Origin: Amoebidium appalachense | Taxonomy: Eukaryota > Protista > Ichthyosporea | Reading direction: 5' to 3' | NCBI GenBank assembly: GCA_963693365.1 | Contig: CAVNZM010000006.1 | Location: 2,976,001 to 3,040,000 of the forward strand | DNA: 64,000 bases | In this document: piece by piece, positions 1 to 13,745 of the stretch | Position numbering within the stretch: position 1 is the first letter of the stretch | How the letters are laid out: each line of letters opens with the position of its first letter | Made by a program: the position numbers and the translations under genes | Notes under the pieces: model-generated | The model's input: only the letters and a program-made list of their open reading frames with translations | Told to the model about the DNA's origin: nothing | Database searches by the model: none

Positions 1-685
1 AAAAATAGCCCTTCCCCCCCCCCCCCTCCCCCCCCCCCCCCCCCCCCAAACCACCAAAAAAGGTTTTAAAAAAGTAATTAAAAATAAAACAACGTTTCCA
101 CCACTAGCATAGCCGGCATTGGTTGCAAATGGAACACGTATGAACTGAATAAGTGCCGAAAGACACAAAGCTACCAAAAAAAAGAAATCTGGGTCGGTTG
201 TTCAATACCATTACCAACTCTTCTATTTAGTGTGGCCCCTTTAGTTAGTGAATATCCGGCAGGCCACAATCATCATTTGACCCTCTCTTTTTTACGAGCA
301 GAAACCAGCGGAAATCATCACCCCCAGTCCCCTAGAGTCTGGTACGTATGTAAGAGTGCAGCCTGCCACTCACACACCATTGGGTTAACGTTATTGGTAC
401 ATGTATGCTATTGTTCTTTTTTCTACTAAACCGCCGACTCATCGTTCTTCTTTTTGGTAGCTTTGTGTCTTTTTTTAGTAACAGACTAGAGGGGGAAGGG
501 AGTGACCCGTACCCGTGGACAGAAGGGTGAAGGAGGAGGAGGTGGTGGTGGTGGTGGGGGGGGGGGGGGGGGGGGGGGGGGCGGGGGTTGATGTTAAGGT
601 GACCCTGGGAGGTATGCAGGGAATTTGCGAGAGATAATACACAATCTACTAAGTTGTGGGCATTATGGTGGTGTGGTGTGTGCAG

Positions 686-800
686 GAGAGGAGGCGGTGC
701 TAGTGAGAGAGGAGGCGGTGCTAGTGTGCAACCACGTGTCATATCTGGACGTCATCGTGCTCATGGCCCTCTACCAGCCTAGCTTCATGGCTAGGGTAGC

Positions 801-853
<53 letters not shown>

Positions 854-2078
854 AAAAAAAAGGAAGGAAAGAAAGAAAGAAAGAAAACGCCCGCAACTCC
901 CTCTATCCACAAATATCTGCAGCACATAGGCAACCCACACACGCGCACAGACACGCACACACACACGAAAGTTTGCGTTCACAACTTGCGCACCGCACCC
1001 ATCCACCTGCAGTGGTGGATTGTGTTTCTGTTTTTTTTTTTTTTTTTTTGTTCCATGCTCGCTGCCCTCTCAGGCATATGTTACCCCCCCTCGCTGCCAA
1101 ACAAAAAAAAAAAAGCAAACAAACAAAAAAAACAAACACGCACATTCACACTATAGCTGTACCGTGACACTGGGACGACTAACTGCCCTTCAACCACAGT
1201 ACGGGGTGATTGAGGTGCCGTTTGTCGGGTGGATAGCCCAGGCCATTCAGTGTTTATTTCTCGATTCGGTCGGCACCCGGGGACCAGGTCTCACCACAAT
1301 GCTCTCTGAACGCATAACACGTTCAAAAGGTTGGCTCACCCCCCCCCCTTCCCCCGGTTCCCCCACATCATCAGGCTGGCCATCTGGTTGTCTGTCTTAA
1401 GTAATTAACAACAAGGCACTTGAACCGCGATCCAACTTTCACCTCACTGAATTGTTGAATCTGTCTTCACAATATCTTTCGGATAGCCAAAGACCTATTA
1501 TTTTGTAACACGATGGCCCTTTCAAGTCACACAGAGACATGTGCAGGCAGTAGAGATAACTCGCCAGAGCTGCAAGCATATCAAAACTGACTCTGGCATG
1601 GGCTCAGGTCTTCCACCTCTTGTCGTATTCCCCGAAGGAACAACTACAAACGGAAAATACATGGGTGAGTATGATCTCAAGAACATGTTTTTATTCATGT
1701 AGGCAAGCATAACTGCTTCTGTACACTTCCATGCGTACATAGGTACATACACGTTCCTACAAAAACACACACACACACACTTCACTTCTTGTATGCATAT
1801 GCCACCTTGGTTTAGGTTTGTTGTGGCCAATAGTTGTTACCGCACACACCCAGTGACCATCATACCACGTTTCTTTTCTGCACCACCTAAGCTTACTCAG
1901 CGTGCCCAGACACCCATACAGTGTGCATAGGCGCTAACATGTGTTGGCTGGTTGCAGTTTCATTTCGTGCAGGCGCATTCAGGGCCGGTTTTCCTGTCCG
2001 GCCAGTTGTCATACAGTACGTGAACTTCATTTGCATCCCCTCCCACCTCCCCCCCCCCCCCCCCCCCCTCCCCCCCCC

Positions 2079-2109
<31 letters not shown>

Positions 2110-2279
2110 AACCGTTTACACACCACCACTAACACCACCACCACCACTCTAAGTATTATATTAATGATTTCACTCAGATATGCATGCCTGGAAACTTCCA
2201 GGCTTTTTTTGTTCACAACCCCCCCTTCCCCCTCCCAACCACACAACACACAACACACGTGCGCGGCATGCGCGCGCGC

Positions 2280-2355
<76 letters not shown>

Positions 2356-3555
2356 CATACACACACACATACATGCTCACACACAAACCCTTCCACCACA
2401 CAGCGGCCTCTTTAATACCTCATTGCAATCACCAGCCCTTAGGACAATTCACTGCAGACTATATCCCCCTTCCCCCCTTTCCCCCCCCCTCTCTCCCCCT
2501 CCCCCCCACCTTCTTCCCTCTCTGCTCTCTCGTGCTTGTAGGTCAATCTAGTATATTCTACGTATGAAACAGGGCGAATCTTTTAGCAAGAACCTCCTCC
2601 TGTACCCCCCCCCCCCCCCTCTCCCCCTGCCCCCCTCCCCCTCTCTTCTACCTTTCTTCCCTTTTCATTTTTTTTTTTTTAAACCCTTGAAGGGCAAATA
2701 ATACTAACACAAACCTGTTGTTGCCAGCTATCCATACACCCACTTCAGCCCGGCATGGGAGGCAGTGCACACACCTTACCATATGTGGCGGCTACTGACC
2801 CAGTTCACGACATATGTGCACGTGACTGAACTACCCCTGTACGTCCCCAGTGAGGAAGAGAGGAGGGACCCCTATCTGTATGCACGAAATGTGCAAAAGG
2901 TATGTCGTCATTGTGGTGCGCTGTTGCATGGTTAGCTCATTCTTCAACTTCCTCTTCTTTGTAGGTAACTTTGAAAGGATGTGGTAGGTTCTCAGAGAGA
3001 TGTGTGGGTACGTGCACTAATCAGTGTTGAATCAGTTTTGGTGCTGTCTATGTACGGAATGGAAGAAGGCAGGGAGGGGACAGAAGGGGTGGGGTGGGGG
3101 TGGGGGTGGGGGGAGGGGGGGGGGGAGGGGGGGGAGGGAAGTGGGGGGCTGGGGCAGAAGGGGGTGGGGTAGGGTGGTACCAGCGGTGGTGGTGGTGTAT
3201 TTGTGAGGGGAAGGGGGGGGGGGAGGGGGGGGGGGGGGGGGGAGGGGAGGGGGGAAGGGGTGTTGAAGGGGCAAGGGTCATATAGGGATTTTGAACAAGT
3301 AACAGGTTGGTAAGAGCTGGTGATGAACATCGCAGTTTAGCATCTGCAGCTACCAAGACTTGTGTTGTGTGCATGGTACAGGTGATGGCGGCTGCACTAG
3401 GGCAGCCAGTGGCCGACCACCTGTCCCGGCCACATAAGCTGCTCTACCACCAGCTTCTGCGAGGCCAAGTGGGCCCAGAGCAGGCGGAGGAGGAGGCTAG
3501 GCACCTAAGTAGTGACGACTATGCACGTAGGAAAAGGGGGTGTCATCGTGAGTAG
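686..3555 (+). CDS. Lysophospholipid acyltransferase (LPCAT/LPEAT-like), 5'-partial, spliced
   Basis: GT-AG exons 686-795, 1200-1329, 1608-1664, 1958-2015, 2728-2899 and 3382-3555 join in frame. Acyltransferase motifs CNHVSYLD (HxxxxD), VVFPEGTTTNG, FRAGAF..PVRPVV and LYARNVQKVMA. Possible upstream exon ~302-343; start codon not identified. Confidence 0.88.
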
Positions 3556-6500
3556 GGTTTTTGGTACTAAGGGCTGTTTGAGGTTGGGTTGGTGGCCAAA
3601 TGGCCACGCTTGCATGAAGGAGCAGCTGAGAGATCGTGTGCAGAGATATCTAGAGTTCGTGGTGTGTGCATGTACAGGACTGAGCCAGTATGTGAAAAGG
3701 ATTCCTTTTTTGGGCCAAACGGCTATGCGTACAAAGTAAGACACGGATATCACCCCTTGTATATGCGCACGCAGAGAAGTCAGTAAATATGTGACGTCAC
3801 ATTGACATCTCGCTGATGGACATTGCTGTGAGTGTGGATCCAGATTTTAGTGCCGGATGATGCACACACGAATCAGAAAGCTGTTCAGAAAGCTGTTTTG
3901 CGAATTCGAGATGACTTTCAGTTTGGGATGTTATTAGTAGCCTACTTATGGATGCATACAGGCATCTTTTTTGGTGTGCACCGTGTGCTACATGACTAGT
4001 AGTCTTGTGCTTGCAAGCACGTGTGTGGGACCCGATGGGCGGATGGTTCAGTTGGTGGGTAAGGACCTGACGGGTACACACACACGGCGGACTGAAAGGA
4101 ATTGTCTTCCAGATTTTATACAGTTCACAGTAAGGGATCCATGGTGCTTTTGCCCAGTAATGCTTTGAAAAACTTGTCATGAAAGTGGTTCTCAACGGAG
4201 TTTGTTCAGCAGTTACATAAGCACAAAATAATGAACCACAGCTGCCTAACGAATGTCACGGTGCATCTATGATATCACAGGTCTTGGGGATCGACGTCAT
4301 CGAGTCACTTGGGACAATACGGTGCAGCAATGTTTAGACAACCGGCGAGCCCGTGGCACCTTGCATCAGGTGCAAGCCCTTCAATGTGCAACCATGGTTA
4401 TTAGGGATGATAAGGGATGACACGTACATGCAGGAAATTTCTGACTTTAGTACTTTTGCATGCTCAAGGGGCCTTCTTACGTCAACTCAACTTTGTAGTA
4501 GCTGAAGGTAAATCGATATCCCAATCCACTTTACGAGTGAGATGATGCCATGCATTAAAGATCCATGTCTACTGTAGCTACACGGGGGACTTTTCGGAAG
4601 CTGAGGAAACAGCCTGCAAACAGTCTTTGTCAAGCGGTCCCATGCTTAGGTAATGAATTGCAGGCTAAGAAAAAGTAAGGCGTTACACATTCACCGTAAC
4701 CGTAACCGTTTACTGTACATGTGCAATAAGCTCAGTGGTCCTCACTGAAGCTCCTTAGGGAAATGGGCACCTTCACAAATCGTGATGTGAACGTAGGTGC
4801 TCTTGATGATTTTGATACACTCTGAGGCCCCAAATACCTAACTCATACATGCACTCGCACGCCTCCTTTCATTTTACTACCTTGAAAGCACCACCTGTGA
4901 TTTCTTTTGCCAAGGGCGCCAGTCCAAAGCCACACGCAACGTGACCTGACTGCGTACACATACAGCTCAGCCGCCGCGCGTGGACTTGGAAGGGTTGTAG
5001 TATAAACGAGCATGAGTAGGATCCCCCGAATTTACTCTTCCAGATCATGTCGTCTTATCAAATTCGAGTACTGTAGAGGGGTACGTAGCATGTCGGCAGC
5101 AATAAATAAGCCTCTTTGCAACTAAAATGTTTTTTTAGTTGGAAAAATTGGTGTTTTAGTATATATGAGGATGATATGCAGCCTAAGTCTATTACTTAAT
5201 TCAAAGGCCTGTGTTGGCCCCCTAAACTGAAAACCGGAAAATTTACGGAAATGCCTGCTAATGCTTAGTTACACAAATAAGCCCCACACTTCGGAGTTAT
5301 GGAAGACTCGTGAATATCCAGGGCTAGCCAATCAGAGGAATGGGCGCTGCAAACACCTGAAAAATGCTGGAATACTCCAAAAATACCGGAAAACACACGT
5401 AACTAAATGCAACTATGTGTTATGTGATATTGTTTAAATAGCATTTTCGACTCACAAAAGTTCTTCTTTTGTAATCAATAATAACAAATAAGGTATTTTT
5501 CACGTTCAATAACCAAGTAAGCGTAAGAAAATTATACAAACGACCTGTAACTTTGTTTCGGGCTTTGTAGCCCCTCACTATCGCCGTTTCTTTGGCGAAT
5601 ACATTGGGCCAAATGACCTCAAGGTATAAAATAATCTTTACACTCCTTGCATCATGGATCGCGCTGCAATTGGGCCAATGGTTTCGGGCAACACTAAAAT
5701 ATCTCATCTGCCTTTTTATTGGTCCGTGAAATATTTTTTCGTTCCTTAATCAACAACAGGCAGACAGGAAAAATCATGTACAAGAAAACTGTATCAAGAT
5801 AAATTAATTGTTAAATGAATTATAACTATATTATACCAGCTTCATGTACACATGCAAATACAGTATATAAAGCTGTTTTGAGCGGGACACAACTTTCCAT
5901 CACAAGCCAATCCGCCGAGGGCCAACCAGAATAACATTATAAAGTATTAGGTCATGCCTTCAAAATGTCGTCCGCTTGCTCAAAGTCATTCGTGGCAGGC
6001 TCAGATGCGATCAGAAACGTCTTGGTGCGACTGTGTTACATGTCTGTGTGATTTCCCCGACTCTTTCTTTCGTGTACAACTTGCACATGTGTTTGAAACT
6101 CTGTCGGGCGGTGTCGATTTCTACGTGCGCAATTTGAAGCCTACATTAGCAGCCTACTGTTTGACGTAGCTTATAATGTGACTGGTGCAGTCTCATGCTT
6201 GGTCCGCGGAAAGTTTGCTTTGTCGTAGTGCAAACCTCGTATTTAGAAGTCGATTGAATTTTCTTGGAGTCGTCATAATCCCACATGTGGGGTGGTAGGC
6301 GCCTTTTCTGACCACAACCAGGAGTACTGGGTGAAGCTTACTTGCCGTGTAAGTCACTGAAAGGTATTCTCTGCATTTTGACATGTATTTATTGTAGAAT
6401 ACACTTCTGTGGGTGCACGTGTATATGTGGTTTTCATGTACGATGATATGATTGATGCATGCATGCACACACTTTTCCGAAATTTAAATTCACATTGACG

Positions 6501-7350
6501 TTGGTGCAAAACACACGTTGTGTGTACTGCACCGCCCCATTTTTTTTAAGGTCACAATTGCTTTGAATAGGATGAACTTTTTTCAGCTTTTCAGTGTTCC
6601 GTTGAGTTTGTCTCACCTGATACTCGTCTGTTTAAATTTTTCACATAGCCTCTGAGAGTTTGCCTACCGGGACTCTCCCAAATCAGTTCCTGACAACCAT
6701 TTTGTGTTGTCCGAGAAGCGCAGTTTCCTTCTCTGTCCTGACGTACCGCCCTCGGTTTGCTGTTCTAACAAATTTGATGCCCGTTTTTGTTGCTTCTTTC
6801 TTGTTGAGTGAGGATTTATTAACCATTACGTGCCGCTGACTTTTTATCAGCACTGACTGGTGTGTTGACGACATGGCCACCGGGTGCAACCTGGAATATC
6901 CTGCAATGCATGCACGAATACCGTCTTGCGGACACAACACACAACTGTGATGTAGCAGATTCCATATATATTGTACCTTTGTGAGTGTATTGGTTCCTTT
7001 TGTGTATTGCTAGCTACCATTGTACCTAAGTTGCGAACGGATTTGTGCTTTCGTTTCCGTTCCAAATTCGTTTTTTCAAGGCTTGAGGTGATGATATTGT
7101 TCCCGTCCTTTCTCGTAATTTGATACAGTGCACACTCATATCGGGCTCTCCCGTGGCCGACCATGTTTTTTACTTGCGGTACCAGTAGTGGGCCTCGACA
7201 GACACCAGCTGCGCTGGGTGAGAAAAGCTTGCTAGGGCTGTAAGGTAGTTGCCGGATACCTGTGCTTCCAACAGCGCCGTTGTAAGAATGACGGGGCTTG
7301 GGACGGATGGCATTCGCGCGCTGCTGAGCGATGACGAGCCACTACGCCGG

Positions 7351-7470
7351 TTACGTCATCGCCAATCTCAATTGATGGTGTTAATGTTTATAGTTTGCAT
7401 ATATGCATTTGATTGGCCTTTTATTTTTAAAGGCGGCTTGATTGGATGAACTTGGTTTTAAAGGCGTTTT
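7351..7470 (+). promoter_or_regulatory. Putative CBP/p300 proximal promoter: CRE-like TTACGTCA plus two inverted CCAAT boxes
   Basis: TTACGTCA at 7351; ATTGG at 7412 and 7441, each followed by TTTTAAAGGCG; 150-250 bp upstream of the proposed ATG at 7602. Confidence 0.35.
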
Positions 7471-7601
7471 TTGGTTTTATTCAGATAGTTTTCCGTTTAC
7501 TTTTGCGTCCGTTACCAACGGACTGCGACAGCTTTATCTCAGACTGCGACAACCTGCGACACAAGTGAGATTCAAGAAAAGACAGTTTTGCTTTCTGCGG
7601 G

Positions 7602-10600
7602 ATGGCTGAGTATGTATGTTTTGACAACATATTCCTAGTAGGACTTGCTCTAGGAAGGAATCGTCAGGACTAGAACAGAATAGCTTTGTATACCAGCTAG
7701 TAGTTCTTCTTAAGATTCCGCTGCTATATATCTAGTGATCGTAGTTTTTAAGTACTCCGAAGTGGGGTTAATAGGGTTGGTTCACGACTGAAAAGTCTTC
7801 GGTTGTCTTGGCTATGACAGGCGGGCGGGTGTGGTCAACTGTCCGCTAGGAACGGCGGCGCTGCTAGAATGGCTGATTGTAAGTATATGGTCCACTTTGC
7901 CACTAGTTCATCCGCTTGTTTTCTGTGTTCTTTACATCTTTATTCCGTTTTGGGGTTGTGAGCCACTCACGAAGAAGTGTTATTCAGCCTTTTGTTTTAA
8001 CATGCAAGTGTGTTGCTCGTGCTCTAGGGAGTTCCTATACGGAGATTTTTCTCTTTGACAAGAGGGTGGAGTAGTGATTACACCAAGTGGAGGGTGATGA
8101 CCATGCAAATAACAAATAAACTCCAGACCCTTAAGAAAGCTTCCCTACTCATGAAACTGGGAGGGCATGGTTTCTCGCCGGTGTGCTTGGAGCAGGCATG
8201 CAACGAGCAGCCCATATGGAATAGTAGCAAATGCTACATCCTCGCCCATAGAGACAAGCACACTGCTGTTGTGCTTGCAATTTTTCCATTAGTCCATCGG
8301 CCAACATTTCAATGCTATGCTACATGGACTCGTGCCAACACTCTGGCCTGCCAGATCCAGCCCGGAACGATGGTGTCAAACTGAAAACCGAAAATGCCTG
8401 ATGAACGTTGGGGTCACTCAGATTCGCACTGGTGATAATAAATATAACTGCACTTAGTCTATCACACACAGCCCGGGTGGGATGTTGGTGAAATGGGTCG
8501 TTTTGTTGGTTCTTTGTGGCCTTGCACTAATGGCAGCAATCACACAGCTGGCAATCCCTTGGAGCCGCCTAACAAGAAGGCAAAGTTAGAGCTAGCCGAA
8601 GAGGAGGACCTCAATTTCGGCGAAGGTTGTTGTCCCCTCCTCCCCGCGGGTTGACCCTCCCAAGTTCAGTTGATGCTGCTGTCTGAGTTGGAGAGTCGTA
8701 TATACGCGGGCTAAGGGGTCGAAACTCAGACGCAATTGATGACTTGGGCCCTCCCTGAGGATGGGCTCTGCTTAAGACGCATACTGCGCGCATGGCTATG
8801 TTGCATACTTGAATGTTTGCCTTTGCATGTGTCCTTCATGTATGCGTACTTCGTACCGTGTTCCGCATTCAACCCCCCCCCCCCCCCCCCCCCCCCCCCG
8901 TTTTTTCTTGAGCTGTTGGACCATGCTGGCTGGGGTGAGGGGATTTCTAGGGAAATCTTTTATTGCACCATTTTGGGTTAACGTGTTCGTGCATGCTGTG
9001 AGTCAGTTGTGTATCCCACGGGATCATAGAAAAGGTGGAAAGAGGGGGGAGGAGCTTAAGTGGTGAAAAGCCACGTCTATGAACGTTTAGCTGTTCACTA
9101 TGAAACCATCCGCTTAAACGACCCTCCTGCTCTCGGTCCCTATATCTGAACTCATGGCCTGGTATGGGAATATAGGCTGTGTAGATCCGCTTCTTTCCCC
9201 CCCTCCCTATGGTTAAATAAGGTGTTTTATTTTGCTCTCGAGCTGTGGGGTTGGGGTGGGGATTATGATCCCTATCTTGACCTGTGGGGAGGGAGCGTGG
9301 GCTAGCTCAAGCGTGAGAGCTGAATTGATAGCAGCTTAAAGAGGATATGTAAACTTGCAACAGACATTCGGAGGAAAGGGGGGGGGGGGGGGGGGGGGTA
9401 GCGAGGTGGGAAATGTGACGACTGCACAGCACAATGAGTGGTTCTGGACTCGTTTTTGCAGTCATAGTTTAATTTACACATCTTCAAAAAACCGACTGTC
9501 AACTCGAACCTTGCAGATGACGAGAGCCTTACGCAAGCGCTGGCTGACACACTTCCGGACTTCGACTTTGACGAGGACGGAGGGGCGGAGGGAGGCAGCA
9601 ACCCTGGGGATGGTGCGGGTGATGGGTCAGCTGGTGACGCACAAGCAACTGCACAGGGGGGGCAGAACATAACCGACCAAGGGGCACTGCAGGAGAATGG
9701 GCCGGTGGAGAGTGTGGTGCTGGAGTCGGGGGGAGGGTCACCTCAGATGCCTGCACCCTCCCCTGGGCAAGTGACGGTCACAACCCCCCAGCCGGACTTT
9801 GGGTTTGCAATAGAGCCGGCTGCAACGATGCTGGCGACCAGCCCAAATGCTAGAGATGGGTCCAAGCTGTCGGCAGCAGCCAAGAGCGGCAAGGTCACAC
9901 CAACCAATAAGATGTCGCCATCCCCGCAGCTCTCACAGGCCGCTAACCACAGCCAGCCAAATAGCACACCGGCCACCCCAACAGCCCAGGCTGCGGCAGG
10001 GATGAAGGGGATGCCCGGTAAGGCCGGCAAGAAACCGTCGGTTGTAGCCACAAAACCCTCTCCCGGTATGGCCGGCAAAAAGCCAAGCCCCCAACCGACC
10101 AAGCCGCCCACGCCGCAGATGGGAAATGACACACAGGGAGACCTTCAGGGCGCGGTGTTGAAGGATGGGTCTGGTGGGGGTATGGATGAGGCGTCAGCAA
10201 AACAGCGGGAGGCTGTGCAGCAGCAGTTGCGAATGATCCTGCATGCGAGCCAGTGCAAGCGCCTGGACTGCACCAAGATGTGCATCATGATGCGTGCAGT
10301 GCTCAAGCACATGGCATCGTGCACGGCCCCGGCATGCCCGGAGCCCCACTGCACGGCGTGCAAGCAGATCATATCGCACTACCGCAAGTGCGACAAGCCC
10401 CAGTGTGTTATCTGCGCACCCATTAGGGTACGTGCTGGGCTGGGTGCCTGGAGGGTAGTGTTTGGATGAAGGAGTACACATACATATCCGGGTTGTGATG
10501 ATGGTGTGGGGCAGTTGTCGGGGCTGACTGGCTGTGGGGATTTTGGATAAGTATGCATACATGGCCGGGGTATGGTAATGGTGTGAGTGCTGACTGGGTG

Positions 10601-12297
10601 TGTTGGGTTGCAGGAGGAGCACGTGCAGGAGAAGCAGGCTGGCGATGGCCATCTGGCTGTGCCGGGCACTCCAGGTCGGTGCAGGCACACATGCATGTAT
10701 CGCGGCTGTGTTGCGTGCTGTGTGCATTTGCTGCATGTTCGGACACTGGTAGGGAGAGTGTGCATGCACTATAATCGTGTGTATGTCTGTGTCGTGTGTG
10801 GTGTGCACTGTGTGGATTGCGGTCTTTTGCACGTTGTTTGACCCCTGTGGGTGGCGCTATTGGAACTGTATGTGCTGGTGGGGTTGGTGCGCGGGCGCAG
10901 TAGGTGTGGTGTGGCTTGCTGGTGAAAGTGTTGGGTGCTGGCACCAGCGCATCCGTGTCTGATGGTGACGTGTATTCTGTGTGTGCTCCCGGTGTGCATG
11001 CTTGTGTGGGTGTGTGCATGAGCATTGAGCAACATGGTGTTGCTTGTGCGAGGAGATTCACTCATTCTTGTGTAGGACCAGCATCTCTTTTGAAAAATTC
11101 CCTTGGGTTGCCATAGTCATTGACTATTTTTTCTCACAGGCACACCGGCAGCCAATACTGCCGCCCTCCCGTTCGAGCATCGGTTAAAAGGTGTGTTTCT
11201 ATTCTAGGTTAGCGTGTTGGGCATCATGATGTTCCGAGCACGATTATTCAGGGCAGGCTAGTTTGGGAAATGGGGCCGTTGTTGGTGGGATAATACAACA
11301 GGGTGGTGGGGTTCATGAGTGGAGATGTATGGGCGATTGAGGATCACACGAGCCTGCACGTATTCACTGTTTTGTGAATTTGTGTGCACACATGGGTATG
11401 CCACGTGTGTGTTGGTGTGCGCGTACATGCGGGCGTGTGTGCGCGTGCGTGTGTCGAATGTGTGTGTGCGTGTGTGCGCGCGCATGTGTGTGGGTGTGGG
11501 TGTGGGTGTGGGTGTGTGGGTGAGCACGCGCATATGCCTGTGCATAGAGGTACGAGAACAACGGTACTCCTTTGTATTCATGCATGGCTTAGGTGTGAGC
11601 ATGTGACTAACCGTCTCTTCCCCCGTTCAGCGCTTTTGAGTGCCGTGGTGCCAGACCTGGGTAATAATCAGGTAAGCACCGATTGATGTCGTGCATGGAC
11701 ATTGTGCTGTGTCATTGTATCCTACGTGTCTGTGTAGTAACAAACAGTTGCAGCTGTGCTTTTACCTTACCCTTCTTGAAAGATGTCGTGTGTCTTTCTT
11801 TGCCTTTTTGCCCCTCTTCCTTTCTTCGTCACCCTCCTCCATCATCTTCTTCTTTTAAAAAAGAAGAACATGAAGGATGCGTTAGCAATTGTCATACACT
11901 GACTGTGTGTGGTTGCAGAGTGAACAGCCCAAGGTGCACCCACCAGGGTCATGGCGGGACCAAGTCCAACAACAGCACAGGGACAAGCTGCTAAGACGGC
12001 TGTATGCATACCCCCCTCCACTGCATGCACTATGCATGCAGGCAAGCATACACACGCGCATGCGCGCGCACACACATACACACACACGTACATGCACACG
12101 CAGACACACACACACACACACACGGGGCACATTGCTTTTCTTGCACATGTTAAGTATGATTGCAAAAGCACGATGTGTGAGGTTGTAGGTGTTTTTAAAA
12201 ACCTGCTTGAGCACGACAATACCTGTTATGCTTTTGTGTTGACACCAGCATCCTCTGTTTGATTTTCCATTTCGAGTCTCTGGAGATATCCACTTCT

Positions 12298-12338
<41 letters not shown>

Positions 12339-12865
12339 TTTCTGTCCAATCAATGCAAAGATACGAGCCCTTCCAATATCACAGACACCCGTGTGTATGC
12401 CAACGTGTCTCTTTACTGTTCCCCAAGCACAAGTAATTTACTCTAACCATGGTACAAATTTTGCCCCCCACTCCCTTCACCCCTGCCAATATCACTGCAA
12501 AGATATAAGCCGTTGTTTGTATTACCGCTGACAACACCACCGTGTATGTGAATATGCCTCTCCATCATTTCCCTCCATCACGAGTATCCTATCCGAAACA
12601 CTTTTTTCATCACTCATATATTGCACCACATTAACACCTTGGGGGTGCAGTATGGACCAGCTCAAGGAATATTTCCACGGCACCGAGGGCGCTGACGAGT
12701 CCAAACTTGCCGAGGCAGCCCGTGTAATTGAGGCCCATGTCTATGATGAGGCTGAAAACCAGGTGTGTGAGGAGGGAGGGAGGAGAGGGGGGCGGGGATG
12801 GGGGGGTAGAATGTGTTGCCGATTACGAAGTACACATACGTGACGGACAACACCATGCAGAATGT

Positions 12866-12897
<32 letters not shown>

Positions 12898-13341
12898 TTG
12901 GCAGGGTGGGCTGCAAGCAAGGGGCAAGTGCTTATGATCAGTTATCATGTTGAGAGGACAAGATTGCATATACACTGCTGTGCCGATTGCATGAACAAGT
13001 GGTATTGGCCGTGTTGTTGCCTCTTTGTCAGTGTTTTGACTGTGTGCTGTGTGCGCCGATTGTATGAACATGTAGTATTGGGTGTGTTGTTGCATGTCAG
13101 TGGTGACTGTGTGCTGTGTGCAGGACAAGTACTACCACCTGCTTGCCGAGAAGATCTACAAGCTCAAGAAGACACAGGAGGTCACAAATCCTGGTGATCA
13201 TCCGGCTGTATCCCCTGCCCCAGGTACAGCCTGCACACGTGTGTGTGTGTGTGTGTGCGTGCGTGTGCGTGTACGTGTGTGTGTGCGCGCGCACGCGCAC
13301 TTGCGAGTGTGTGTGCGGGGCTTGGGTTCGGTTTTTGTTTT

Positions 13342-13376
<35 letters not shown>

Positions 13377-13707
13377 TGCGCGCGTTGTGTGCCTGTGTGT
13401 CTGTGGGTGCGGGTTGAAGGTGACGCTTTCATTGGGATTTCGATGGCTGGGACCAATGGGTGTCTGGTGTGCAGTGTCGGTGGGGGTTTGTCTGCATTGG
13501 AGCCTGTAGCAGCCTCTGGAGACTGTCTCTGAAGGTTTGGGTGTGGTGTGTGGTCCTTTCAGGCGGGTGGATGCAGTTGGTGTTTGTTTTTCTTTCTTTC
13601 TTTCTTTCTTTTTTCTTTTGGGGGGGGGGGGGGGGGGGGGGTTGTTAATTTTTTTTTTTCTGTGTGTGTGTGTGCACGTGTGCGCGCGCGTGTGTGTGTA
13701 TGCATTT

Positions 13708-13745
<38 letters not shown>

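Noticed and set aside
5224-8400. Short shared motif AAACTGAAAACCG..AAATGCCTG at ~5224 and ~8378
   Set aside because: Too short and gapped to support a repeat or element boundary.
8681-8760. Hammerhead ribozyme or C/D snoRNA in the SINE-like hairpin (GAAAC, TGATGA, CTGA)
   Set aside because: No CUGANGA core between the stems; the C- and D-like boxes are too close and CTGA is lost in the 55.4 kb copy.
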